Source: Phoronis australis | Lineage: Eukaryota > Animalia > Phoronida | Reading direction: 5' to 3' | NCBI GenBank assembly: GCA_002633005.1 | Contig: NMRA01000931.1 | Coordinates: 28,721-92,720 of the forward strand | Length of the DNA: 64,000 nucleotides | Part shown: in pieces, positions 36,742-54,833 of the stretch | Numbering within the stretch: the first letter of the stretch is position 1 | Layout of the letters: the number at the start of each line of letters is the position of its first letter | Notes under the pieces: model-generated | What the model saw: the letters and a program-made list of their open reading frames with translations, nothing else | What the model was told of the DNA's origin: nothing | The model's database searches: none | Made by a program: the position numbers and the translations under genes

Positions 36742-39716
36742 AAAAGCATGGACACCATCTGACGCATTTCCACAATGACTTGTACTATGCTATGAGCCCT
36801 ATGCGTCTCATTGGTCCACTAATAAATACTTATCACCGAGGTCTTCATCAACATCAAGTTTGTTAAACATGACGTCACCGACTGTATATTATGTGATCCT
36901 GGGAGTAATATATAGATATTGGTCCTAGGTGATCGGATCAAAGTGTTTTGTTTGCACCTTGCTTTCATTCTGCATTTTAATCGCCTTGCCAGTCTACAGT
37001 TGTGGGATGACATTTGTAATTTGTAAAGTTGTAAATACATTGTATACCTAGATTTAACTACGCTCAACGGTATTGTTTTATTCTTGTTAAGTCACAAACC
37101 ATCTTAGATTATTAGAAAATTAAGCATACTGCGCTCAGTCGTTATGACGGGAAATTCCGCCTGGGCTAGCAGCCATCTTGACTGGAAATTCTGGGTCATT
37201 GAATCTGATTACATTGCACTGTATACGGTGGCGAACAGGGGGTTTGGTTGCCCGTGTTACATGATAGACTTCGCGTTGACTCAGCTATCAGAATCCTGTG
37301 AACTTCACTGGGAATTAATATCAGAACCGACATTTAAGAATAAAATGTCGTAATATGTTGTTCCATTTACTTACCAGGCAACAATGTTTTAATCCTATCA
37401 GTCAAATTTTTAGGGCGACAACCACAGATCGAGTGGTTGACCTCGTATAAATCACAAACTGGTTCAACAAAATCACTTGTTTGTGCCATGTTTCAAGACA
37501 CCAGAAGAAAACACCCCAACTTGATTGTGATTTTGGCATTTTTTTAACCAGCATCTAAAGTGAAGCCAAGATTACAAATTTTCTGGCCCTATAGATTCCA
37601 AAAATTCAGGGTAGAAATTGTGACGGGACGTTCGTAACTTTACGCTTATTGTTATTCTTATTTAGTTGCAAATGTTCAGTTATTCTTATGCTAATGTCTT
37701 TGTTGCGTCTCAGTGCGCCTTTGTTACGTGGGCATGTGGGAGCGACTGTATGTGTCGGGCACTTCGCTAGCGACAGGCTTAGGAGAAGGGTGTTTCCTTC
37801 CTTTGCTTTCATGAAAATTGATCGTTATCATGTGCAATTGAACTGAAACGTATGCCTGATGAGAGGAAATACATATTTTTGATGTTCAGTGGAGACTTGC
37901 TCTGTTACAAAATGTTTTTTAAACTTTAGATTATTTCCCATTTTCATCGGAAAGGTATTCTTTGTATTTGTGTCAAATGTTTAGCCTGGACGCGCTTCAA
38001 AAATGCAACTTGCACACCCGGTTGCGACAGAGTAGGGACCAAATTGGTGTAATTGTACTCAAAACAAGTTCGAAGAACTACAGAATAACATTCCTGGCAA
38101 TCACTCATTTAGTCCTTATAATCTATATCAAACCTGACTCATTTTTTCATGTTTAACTTTTACCGATTTGCATAAAAAAATTTCTCACACGTTGCCGGTT
38201 TAAAACTACAAAACTGAAATTTGATTTAAGGATATTTTGCCCAAAAGAAGACATGGCTCTCATGGTTTCAGAAAATCAAACTGTTTTGTAACTAATAAAG
38301 ATTTGGAATACTAATGAACCAACTGCAAGAACAGAATTAAATACATTCTAATAACTGTAAAGTCCTTGGCTTGAAAATCGTTATGAAGTGGGTCTATTTT
38401 TAAGGCAAAATGTCAAAAAAAATGCGATTTTTGCATTTCTTTCAAAATCACAAATTCACGCCTATCCGATTCATTCTAGATAAGAGACAAGACTCCAAAT
38501 GCTATTGCCCAACATTTTTCAGAAATTTAGGCTAAAACGTGTCACTATCAATCAATCAATGAAATTATTTCCAAATTTTTACTCCTTTGAAGGGTACTTG
38601 TATTTGCACACAACTTTGGACTTAACAAGAGAATTCAATCAGCATAGTGGGACTTCCAGATCCTTGCACAGCAGGCTTGCGTTCAATAGACGCAAAAGGA
38701 AAAGATAGTAAGAAGAAGAGACATAATTTATTTTTACATAACATTAAACTGTAAGATTACATAATTGGGTAGCCAATAAAGAAAGAGGTCGCTAATATCT
38801 GACTACCAACAAAGTAAAAACCATGCGTTTTCATAATAAATAATAACTTTAAGAACTACAATAATATACAAGATACTCGCGCAGTTCTTCACGAGATACC
38901 TCTCAGGCGAAGCACGTTATCACAATAGGTTTTCTCGTCATTTTGCCATGATGTGCAGACATTTCATTTTAACTTCACAAAATTACCGAGTTACATTCGC
39001 AGCAATCACTACCCGTTTAGTCCGTATAATTGTTATCAAACGTGCAACAACTCGTTTTGAGTGAGGAAAATGTAAAGTTTTTTAACACATTAACATTTTC
39101 TTACCACTCTATCTCAATACACCATAAAGGTATAACTTGTAGAAAGTACACTAGATGGCACACCTTATAGATAGGGAAACTCAACAAAGCAGTGTCTTTT
39201 GGTCTAACTTTTGTATGTCCACAGAGAACAAAGGTGATTCTCTCACCAGTTTCCCCTGGATAGAGAGTGGAGACGAGATTCCAGAGGCACTAGCAGGGGC
39301 GGCGCAGCACTGAAAAAAGTGGTGCACCGCCCATGACTAGTCCTGCAGCTTCCAAACATGTATGTAGGTTACAGTACATGTACATTCCAGTGTCCACTCT
39401 TCTGAAGGGTACATGTGGTCTACTTGTATTTGCGGAGAAAAATAGATATGAATAAGGGAGTGTTTTCAAAATGCATCTACTAATTGCACTTTGTGTTTAC
39501 CTTTGCAAGTTGTGTGAAGATAGCGAGTGTTTCGCTGGTATGCTTGGGAACTTTGAAGCTTGTCCTAGGAAAAATGGCGACAATTGAAGCGAAGTAGGTC
39601 TGCGAGGTTGGATTGATGATAGGATTGAATTCAGTGTTTCGTAAGGAAACATTTTTAGCCGTGCAAAGTTCTCGCCATCACCATCCTAAAAGACATTGTC
39701 TAAGTTGCGAACCTGC

Positions 39717-44738
<5,022 letters not shown>

Positions 44739-45090
44739 TTAGCGGGTTCACACGCACACAGACAAGCTGCGGCAGTGCAGTCGTATGCAATTGATGTAAA
44801 ATGCACCAGCAATGCGATTATCCTATACCTAGAATGTGGTCTTGCACTGGCGATGTATGTCACCTCCGACCGGGGTAGGTATATTTCCGTAGCCTCTAAT
44901 TTTACTTCGGTCTTTCGTATCTGTGCATGAGTGAACAGCCATGTGATTTTTAAAATGGAGAATTACAGCCTTTATGTGGAACTCAATAGTTTTGAGAGTC
45001 ACGCTTGAATTTACCTTCCCCAATTTCATTGCAAACTGACACTTGCTGGGTTATGCTGTGTGGAAATTGAGGAACCCTTCACCGGCCACG

Positions 45091-45213
45091 GAGACACCCT
45101 CGAGGTATTCTTCACTACTGAGACACCCTTGAGGTACCGTTCACTACTGAGACACCCTTCAGGTACCCTTCACTACTGAGACACCCTTCAGGTCCGCTTC
45201 ACTACTGAGACAC
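45091..45213. repeat. 29-bp minisatellite, 4 units plus a partial (GAGACACCCTTCAGGTACCCTTCACTACT)
   Basis: Units start at 45091, 45120, 45149, 45178 and 45207; no spacers. Confidence 0.9.
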
Positions 45214-45598
45214 TTAGGATCTGTACTGAAAAAATCTGAGTGGTCGACAGTCACTTTTCATTCATTATTTAATTAGGAGTTTTGGCAGTGTGAATCCACT
45301 GGCTATCAGTTCGTAGTGATTGCAAGCAAACGGTGGCTTTGGGGCAATAATCGCTGATTTAGTGTATTTAGTTGTTCGTTTATTATGTAGCCGGTTGCAC
45401 TTCTGGAAAAAGTTTGTTTGTAATCAGTTTTAATAGACTTTGTGAAATGTTTTTGATGTTTGTAGGAAAGAATGCAGTTCATGTTGTCAGGTTTTGTAAA
45501 TATTGTGAAACAGGCTGCTGGTGCTGACACGACATGGATTTTCAAGACACTGAAAAATCAGCACGTGTTGAGTGTCACTTTAAATCACTTTTCGTAAA

Positions 45599-45764
45599 GG
45601 GGGTTTCCGTTGATAAGCCTATGGGCGTATATTCGGAAAATTAAAAATTTCAGGCGTTTTAGCAACACCAAATAAACGCCCATGGGCGTGTATTGGGCAT
45701 AATTTTCCGAATAAACGCGCATGGACGTTTTATTGGGTGGGCTTATCTACGGAAAACCCCGGTA
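45599..45764. mobile_element. Palindromic MITE (Tc1/mariner/pogo-like ends)
   Basis: GGGGTTTCCGTTGATAAGCC … GGCTTATCTACGGAAAACCCCGGTA, with internal inverted TATTCGGAAAATTA / TAATTTTCCGAATA. Confidence 0.7.
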
Positions 45765-47899
45765 ACACAGACTCCAGAACCTCATAGAATTCGGTGCATT
45801 TCATCAACGACAAAACGTGATTACTGGTGGAGCTGATGGTTATTTTGCAAATGCATACATGAGTCCGCGGTTTCAAGCATGCACAGCGTGTTTGCGCTGC
45901 GAGATGTTTGTTTTCAGCATTGTTGCTGCTGTCGTATTAGCGCTTATCTAGGTCAATGTACCTACGTGTAAGTCCAGATGCGCCTATTTCGGGTTCGCCT
46001 GTGCGTCAAACACTTGAACACGGAACCAAAAAGCAGTGTTTGAACACATTTAAATCAAACTCGACTTTTCAGTTACAAGACGGTAGACATTGTTTAACAT
46101 TTGTTATTTAAATTATAAGTACCAATACGAGACACATGCAATATACAGTGTACGAATAACACTCAGCTTACGACACACATATTCAAGAGATATTCGCCTA
46201 TACAAAAAGCTTGAGCAACTAATTTTCTTTGAAAAACACATCATTTCGGCTGCAGGTGTATGGACAGAAATGGGTGCATACCCAGTAACATTTAATACAC
46301 TGTGTAACGCTATACATATCTCTGCACATATTTTACACGTTAATGTATACAATACCTTTCCAGATACATGGCAACACAACTTACCTTTAATCACTCTTTC
46401 TCTGATGTTCCCACCGTCACCCAACTCGACAGTATACTTAGACTGGCCACGCGGTAAGCTCGTAATACTTTGAAGAAGTCCTGCTCTTGGGCAGCACTGC
46501 CGCACCTCAGTACGAGCCAATTTTCGTCATGTTTCGAGACATCTGATTTATCCTGACCTTCGCATTTCCTTTCAGTTGCGATTTAGTGCTCCTGTTCTGT
46601 AATACGTCACGTGAGATGCAAAAGTACACCCAACATCCGAAATGAAACTATTTCCACTTCCAGTCTGTGGGGAATTCATATGAATCATTATAGGACGACG
46701 AGACCTAATTTATACGGGCTAAAGAATGAAGGTTAGGGACCGAAAGGTTTGTTTACATGAGTCATATTTTTTAACAGGCAACACGGGGCGACGAAAGTTC
46801 GTGTAGGTCTGTATATTTGCGAATGTCTGATGTTATTATAAACGGGCGGGGTCTAAATGTGCTTGAATTGTTGTTTACTTCATCAGAAACATAGTATGAA
46901 CTTAAACGTGCATTTCGTCCTATAAGCTGGTTAAAAACAAAAATCAAATTCAGCCTTATTCTCTCATAAAATCGATCTCGTGATATTCCTTACCGTGATA
47001 GGATTATGTTTCCGTTACCAACAACTAATAGAAACCGTCGGTGCGCATTGCCCATTACTTTAGCTTGGATATAGAATCCTATTTCGGTAAGAAATATTAC
47101 GGGACTGGATTTGTGAGGGTTCAAAGTCATGAACATGTTTTTGTTGGCAAAACAGGCGAATTTTGAAGTGACAATTATAAACGTACATTCCTTCGCCAAG
47201 GACTATTTCTGATTCCATACATACTCACGATGATGCATTCTTACGTCAATTGAGATAGATATCGCAAAGATTTCCAACCTCACTTTTTGTTCCGTTAACT
47301 ATTTCACCGCCAGCGATAAGACAATGAAACGTGACACTTGACGTCACTCAACAATTGGTCAAGTAGAGCGCTTGATCATTTGTTGAACCTCTGAATCGGT
47401 TAGATGTTAGTTTTGCAATATGTGCTTTTGAAGAAATAGGAATAGTGTGACTTGTTAGAGTTTTGTAGATATACTGCAATCAATTGTCTTTCTAACAGTG
47501 TCATGCAGCGTAAATGTTTCCACGACTTATGACCGACATTGTCGCAAAAAGCATCTACTAGAATCAGCGAAACCAATCCAAAATCAATGCGAAGTCTCCT
47601 CAGCAGTCTCACGCAATTTCTCGCCTGGTATCGTAAATATTTTGAACTCATGCAAACGGGACGAAGTCTCCTCCGTCAACTGCGATCAAATCTTCATTAA
47701 ACAGCGTATAGCAGCGCCATCTATTGTTCGTTAGGAAACAGAACCGTCAAGCGGGTTATCATTCAGTCTCATTCTTAGAATGTCTCATGAGTCCCCGTTT
47801 GTACACATCAGCCTATCACAACGAACAGACTTGCTAGTGCTCATTCAGTGACTTCACTCAAATCGGAGTTAAAATCGAGCCTCAAATCGAGAATGTTTC

Positions 47900-48247
47900 C
47901 GATTACAGTAACAGGGTGTTTGTTCCATCGAAACAGCAACCCCGGTGTAAAGCAGATATCCCAGAGTCGAAAACAGACACCCGCACCTTCAAAACAGCTA
48001 ACCAGCACGAAAAACAGGAACCACGACCTTTAATATAAGAGTTCCGGGGATCGGACAGGGAACCCGGGTAACGAAAAAAATTGTTCGGTATTTCCTGTCC
48101 GATCCCCGGGATTCCTGTTTTAAATATCGGGGTTCCGTTATTTTTCGGGCTGGTTAGCTATTTTGAAGGTGCGGGAGTCTGCTTTCGACTCCGAGACATC
48201 TGTTTTAAACCGAGGTTCCTGTTTCAATGGAACACCCTGAGTAATCG
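47900..48247. mobile_element. ~350-bp almost fully palindromic foldback/MITE
   Basis: Arms CAGGGTG…CCCGCACCTTCAAAACAGCTAACCAGC…CCGGGGATCGGACAGG and CCTGTCCGATCCCCGG…GCTGGTTAGCTATTTTGAAGGTGCGGG…CACCCTG. Confidence 0.85.
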
Positions 48248-49889
48248 ACTGTGAACTGAAAAAATCCCGATTCCCGCTCCTACTAGTCCTGGTGACACTG
48301 CGTGTATATGAGTAACTCACTCACAAATAGGAGACAATGTGGCCTACTGGGTTTCTGCCTCCTGTTAACAAAGGCGTAGGCTCGAATTCCACTGGACCCC
48401 ACTGCTAGACCATTGAGTATGGTCTTTAGCTTCTCAGCTCCGTCTTAAGTTGCGTAAATGTATAGATACATTTATTAATGAATGAAAGTTGTTTCAGGAG
48501 TTAGATGCAAATTACCCGGCTCAGTGACCTACGCACGTCCAGTGATGCAACGTGTAGTATCGGACCACCTGGACTATTTTTTTATAATTTCGTAAGCTTA
48601 ACTGCATTTCCTCAGTACTTTGTTGTCAAAAACAAAACATGAATTTAGCTACTTGAGATCATAAAATCTGTTCCATAAAATTCCTTAATAGGACTAAATT
48701 AATTTCCATTACTTACAAGAATTTCGCAAGCATTTAGCCTGGAGTCAGATTGCTAGACTGTCTTCATATAGGCAAGCCCGTAGGAAAGTAAAAGTTATTG
48801 GGGGGAGGCACAAGCCAACTGTGATTCACCAAACGTTTACCGTCCCTCCTATCGCCGCTTCCCACGTTTCAGCAAAATTTCACAGAGAGCGAGATTGAAG
48901 CCTAAGGACCAGCGCAGATGGATGCTGGGAGCTGGACTGTCTACCTCAAGTGAGCTTTAGCACTGAGCTGGCAGTTCACACACCAAGTGAAAGTGCGACA
49001 ACAAGAACTGAACGAACTACAAGGCTAGCCACTGGTGAGCTCAGCTATAGTCTAGACGTATTTCCAGAAAAGAGCCCTGTATAAGGTTCTAGAAGCATTT
49101 TAAGTAAAAGTTGGGAACAAGACTTTTTCACACAATCAAGGTATGGCGAATTCATCTAACCCTGTTCCCAAGCTGAATTTTTCAGTTTTGACCATCTAAT
49201 TAGCATAAACAAAATTGCGGCCAAATTGTGAAGTTCGGGTGCATTCTTGTAAAAGAAATCACAATTTACCATTTAAAATGGTAAAATGTCTCACCTGTAC
49301 ACTTCTTGTAAATACTTCTTGAGCAATACATCACTTATGAAAAATAAAAAATTGCAACTCTAAAAACTAATTATGCAAATAAGGTGCCGCCATTGCCTTA
49401 CAATGCAATTTTCGTCTTAAGTTTGTGCTCCTGCAGGCTAACTTAAAAAAGGTGTTTAAACTTTAATTTTCATGGTCAACAAACATGCTAAAAGACATTT
49501 TTGAAGCAGTTTATTTCATATTTATAGGGTTATAGATGCATACTTACAGAATGTGGAAAACATAGTCGTTAGTCTGCAATGCTCGTTAAGCAAGGTGTCA
49601 CAATTTTGGCAGAATATAAAGACAAATGTTCAAACTAACCCGTTATCTTCCATTCATAAAAAAACAATATAAATATTGTTATTGAAAACATCATTAGATT
49701 CTCAGTTGTATGAAATTATTTTCAGGCCTGCTGAACACAGTTTTAGCATTCACTTTTTGGTACTTTTTAACGTGCCTGAAGCCAGGCAAATCAAACTGTT
49801 TTCCTACAGGGAATCTGATCATGGATGTGCTGCTGGCATGTGCATAACGGTATGCATCGAAATCCAGATTTCTTGCATTAGCATTGTCT

Positions 49890-50870
49890 ACTGTTGCGTT
49901 GTTTCTGGCATGCACACAATACGATCTATAGGCAGATGTCTGGGATAGACCTCTGTGTCATCAGTATGGGCTGCAAGCACAAGTTTGTGTGTTTCCTTCC
50001 CATATCAGAGGGTGCTGGGAGCTCAGGTATGGGACAATGAGCATTTTGCTATACCTTGACCTGATAGTGCACTCTCCACATCATATGGAAACGGAGGGCA
50101 TTATGCGTTGGAGGAAGGACTTCTGTGTTCACGGGCTTGAAGAATAGTAAATGGCGTGCTACATCTACAGGTCTCTTTTCGTCGTGTTGTATATTCTGCA
50201 GACAAACACTTCTGAAGACGTCATAATTTTCTCAGTGAGTTCACCAATGCAGAGGTTCTTAAGCAATCTGATATGCTCTAGGAACACGTTCCATGATGAT
50301 TGTTTCATGGGATTGGCAAAGAACGAGTTGGTGCCAAATCCGGTCACGGCAGGAAAAGCAAACTGTTAGGATTTGTTGCTGTGCCTGATATCATTCAAAT
50401 ATGTTCACATTGCGTTTGATGAAAGTGCGATACCAGAAGCAGTAGAAAACCAGTATCCCTTGAAAACACGACTGACTGTGGACAGCATGCAGTACCAATG
50501 TTGCATCTGCTTCTTCATGTGTGGATTTCAGAGTCCTCAAATATGTCATGTCCTTAGATGATTTGATTGACTTCCAGCTCATCTTTGAACCCTCCTGCAA
50601 CCATAACCACTTTATCTTCAGGCGCCTACAAACACAGTTTCTCTGACAAGAAATTGGCTAGGTCTACTTTATTCTCAGCCAGTGCCCGAAACTTTGACCA
50701 GTTTTGAGTAAGAGGTATATCACGGCCTTCCAAAAATCGCCTGATTTGCCGTGTTCCATTACTGCGCTGTTTTCTTGATGTGTTCTTCATTGTTTCTTCT
50801 TTGTATCTGTCAAATACAATATCAATTTTATGATATGGTCGACTCACCTCATAAGCCGTAGCTAGACAGC
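49890..50870 (-). mobile_element. Frameshifted remnant of a DNA-transposon protein with an XPG/FEN-like nuclease region (Academ-like)
   Basis: Fragmented minus-strand translation: IDIVFDRYKEETMKN…QNWSKFRALAENKVDLANFL…LKSTHEEADATLVLHAVH…AVTGFGTNSFF…SEVFVCRIYN…PE.LPPTHNALRFH…HYQ. VFD.Y, HEEAD, (H)A.TGCD-like and LPPT motifs typify this transposon-borne family. The Academ assignment rests on recalled family knowledge. Confidence 0.7.
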
Positions 50871-51248
50871 GAAATACATCCCTGTCTACCTTCTACTATT
50901 TTCTTGTCTTAGTCTTTGTTTCTGATTTGTTTCACCACATCATATAAGTTGGCAAATGTTGGGGCACTATTTTTGCGCATAGGCGCATGAATTGACGCAC
51001 GTACATACACAACAGGTTGTGATTAGCCACGTAAACAGTCAGGGTGAAGTATTTATAAAATGCCGAAAGAAAACAAAAGAAACTCACGAATTCGATGCGT
51101 ATGGGATAAATACAAAACGTACCTCGTGTGGCGTCACTCCTGCTGAGGGGTACCCTTAGTGGGAATCGTGCTCGGTGTGTAATATATGTGTTACATGCTT
51201 TTACATTTTTCACTACCATCCCACGACAGCACCGAGAGGTAGAGTCTT

Positions 51249-53600
51249 GGGTCACCGGCTCACACCTAGAAAAATTGTGTTCGTGCGTCCTGGTGAGATA
51301 TGTTCAAAGTGTTAATGATTGCGCCCTTATTTTTTAAACTTAAAGCATCATGAATATTGTAGCCCGAAATTGCCTATTTATGACTGAAAGAGGTTCATTA
51401 AGTAAAGTAACTTTATGAATAACGATTTAAAAAAAAACAGTAAAATGTTCATAGTGCTTATGTAGACTTTGAACCTTTTTATCAAAAGGCACTCTTTGCA
51501 TTTTCAAAAAGGTTTCTATTTAACCTTCATCAGAGCGCAAAAATTCGGTAAATTATATACATTTTTTTTGTTGTATTTTAGACACTTTTTGAGGACCTGT
51601 AGGGGTCAGTTTTCGGGGTACCGATGTTTTCAAATAATATTTTCCACGATTTTACTGTCTGACTAAGAAAATAAAATAATAAAAATTGTGATTTTTGTTT
51701 GATTCCAAGCAACAAACAATGGAAAGGATAATCATGCATCATCGCGTATTTTACAGTCCTTAACTACGGACAATTTCCAACTCTATCTCGTGAACCCCAA
51801 AAAGGGCTTCATTAATTTTTGCAAATAGGTTTCTATGGTAATGAAATCGGTGGAAGTCAATTTTTAGATGATTCGACAATCGCTGAACCCCTTGATAACT
51901 GTTTGTATAACTAAATTTCTTTGCTAAAATTTCATAAAATTCCGAAATCATGTTTCTATCCAGGAAACAATGACACGTTCATATTTTCGAATAATTCTGC
52001 CCCACCAGTAACAATTTTATCATTTTGGAGATCGTTCAAATGTCTAACCTGTGCCAGCTGGCGGTACAGCTGTGCCCTGGTAACGTCCACCTTATTACCT
52101 GACAATCAATACATAAAATATGCAAAGTCATTTCAGTCTGTGTCTTCGTACACGATGCTAATCTCTTGAATGATTTCCACCCAAAATTGGTTTTGCCACT
52201 TGTCGTAACGCCCCATCAGATATAAAAATGTAACCTTTTAAAAATATTGGTTTGCTTAGTTTCGAACTTTCACGAGAGTTGAGGGTTACATCTAGGAAGT
52301 CAAATCTATAGTGATCTCAGTATAGTAAAGTTACTACGATTCTCACAACACTTAACACAGTATGTAGCTTAGAGTGTTATTCATAAAATTTCAGCAATGC
52401 AAACAGCACCAAAAACACGTTAAGTAATGAGAATGGTCACGCATAGCTGTTTCCATGGCGACTGAGCACTATAAAAAGCGTCTCTCCTTAAACTAGAATG
52501 ACAAACATGACGACAAAAATTTGAATCTGTAAGGATGAAGGGTTCAAGTAAGGTTCACACGTCATAACTCAAATAGAGACTATTTCTGTAAATTTATTAA
52601 GACTCTTCACATTGCCTTGCTTGGAAGTAGAAAGTAACAACTTGAAAATTTTAGAAAAATGCGTTTCCTACTCCGATGCACAATCATACATTACGTGCGA
52701 ACAAAAGACGACTTCAAAACAATTTCAACAGTACTAATTTTTAGTACAGAGTAAGGTCAATTGAATAGGCAGTTCGCAATGAAAAAACAGAATACTCCGT
52801 ATAGTTTTAGCACTAATATCGAAAAATCGTTCAAAGGTGCTTTTTGATATCAGCGTGTCTACAAATGCATTTTAGTTAAAGCTTCATCGATAACAAAGTA
52901 GCCGGTTGAACATGCCTCTCAGATTAGTAAATGTCACCATGTTGTCAGTGCCTCTGGAAATGTGGCAAACGTGAATCATTGAGCACTTTTACTACTCAAT
53001 AAGTAACGTTTACGTGGTTAAATTCTGGCGAAAACTCTTGAATAGCACAGAATAAGTAAATTTGTGTTTCGCTAAATTTTACTGCAGAATATTTGTGAAC
53101 CTGAGTTTTAAACACACTTAAACTTGTACCCTATGCCGTTGCCGTCCAAGATGGCCGACCGCCCAAAACAGGAGTCATACGTTGACACAAAAATAGCGTT
53201 GGCTTTTGAGCGCACTGTGCGATTACGATACTTCTTTCTTTTTTTCCATTGCAGACATCAATAACTTTCCTTTACTGAAGGCTTCTATCCTCAAAACAAA
53301 AAACATATTTTCGGTTCGCCCGATTCTTTTACTGTTGAAGCCTTAATTCGGAAGAATCGCTTACAAATGAGAACTAAGGCGCCTTTAAATAGTATACGAA
53401 TCAGAAAATTTCATTAAAAATCACATATGTGATTTATATTAGCGTTCAAATTGTCTCCTTGGTGTTGACCGTTTTGGGTATTGGCAACAGGCAAACGTGT
53501 CATCACTTGTGCTTGTGTAACCTTTGACCCACGGTCATGAAGTTGTGAACGCCCAATGGATGAAATGGTGTCTGGATACTATATGGTCGCTAAAGCTATG
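51249..53600 (+). repeat. Old dispersed non-autonomous element, interrupted; related copy at ~61280-62400
   Basis: Shared blocks GGGTCACC…GAAAAATT, AGCATCATGAATATT…GCCC.AAATTG, GTCTGACTAA.AAAATAAAA, TCTAACCTGTGC and ACCGTTTTGGGTATTGGCA…TGACCCACGGTCA occur in the same order in both. Boundaries are approximate. Confidence 0.65.
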
Positions 53601-54820
53601 ATCCCTATTTATTATTTTTGCTTGAAACCAATCTAAAAGTAATGAAGTTAAAAGTGTAAAATGACCAATATTGGGATTTTTTTAAAAATATATTCGTGAG
53701 ATGTCTTAAATGTGTAATCACATCCATGATCTATCCTTAACATATCTTTCAAAGTTCGTAGCGGCTTGCATCATCTCGCATTTCTCCGAGCAGCTCATGC
53801 TGCTGAATCACTTTCTGTTCTCAGTCATAAGTTAGACAAAAGAGGGCACTTTCCGTCGTCGCCTAGACTATGAAAACTTCTAAGTCGAGTAAGCAAATCG
53901 GCATACAGAGGAGATAGAATAAATAACTCTTCGTTCATCCTATAGACATTTTCAGACTGAAGTTACATTTTTTTGTGCCATTGAGTCTGGCTCGTTTTTC
54001 TAGCAATTCACCCCACGAATGGAGACAACATTAAGCATTGAATAGTCTTGACATGAAAGGGTTAATGCAATAAATACAAGCCACGGTTGGTGATCTCACG
54101 GAACGATTGAGGAGTTGAATAGACCTCAGACCAAAGTAATTTGTTAGTGCAATAACATTTGCCATGTTAAAAATAAGAAGGCCGCAGGTGAAGAGCGATC
54201 TCTTGTAATTAAGTTACAACACTGTTGAATACGTCAGAATACATCAATAAGGGAAGCTGATTATGTGTGAAAATATTTTCTTTTTTATTTCCTGTAATTT
54301 CCATGAAACATTGAAACAAGTTTAACAACTTAATATTTTTGTTCCTAAAACCCGAAATGTTTACAAGCTAACCGTAACATTTTCATGTAACCCTCACGAA
54401 AGAATTCCTTTGGGAAGTGTCAGTTAGAGATAAACAGAACAAACACAATTATGCACTGGAATTTTCCTTCTGACAACTAAGCTCAATCAGCACATATATG
54501 GTCTTCATTTTATTATTCAGTTCATTTTGAATTCTTTGTACATGGCTTTAATTTATGCTTAGTCTATTCTATTTCTCTTGCTATGCGCAAAGAAAACCAA
54601 CTGAAATATTGAATTACATAACTGGCCTTCATAGCCGAGGAACGGTAGCGATCGACGAATGAGCCCAAGGGTGAAACAGATTTGCCCCATTTCCGCACAT
54701 GCGCATTAATGGGCCTTGGTAAAGGTTTTCCCAGCGAAGGTTCTTCCCGTGACAGTGGATTTGCAACGACACCATTATTGAAATTACACAGGCGTTGAGT
54801 CAAGACCTAGAGAGACCATC

Positions 54821-54833
54821 ATGGATTTTCAAG
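54821..54833 (+). CDS. AIF1: AIF1-B exon 1 (MDFQ-G)
   Basis: accatcATGG Kozak-like context; CAAG|gtgaat. Confidence 0.8.

Noticed and set aside
45091-45213. 29-bp repeats of CRISPR-like length
   Set aside because: Units are contiguous with no spacers; an ordinary minisatellite.
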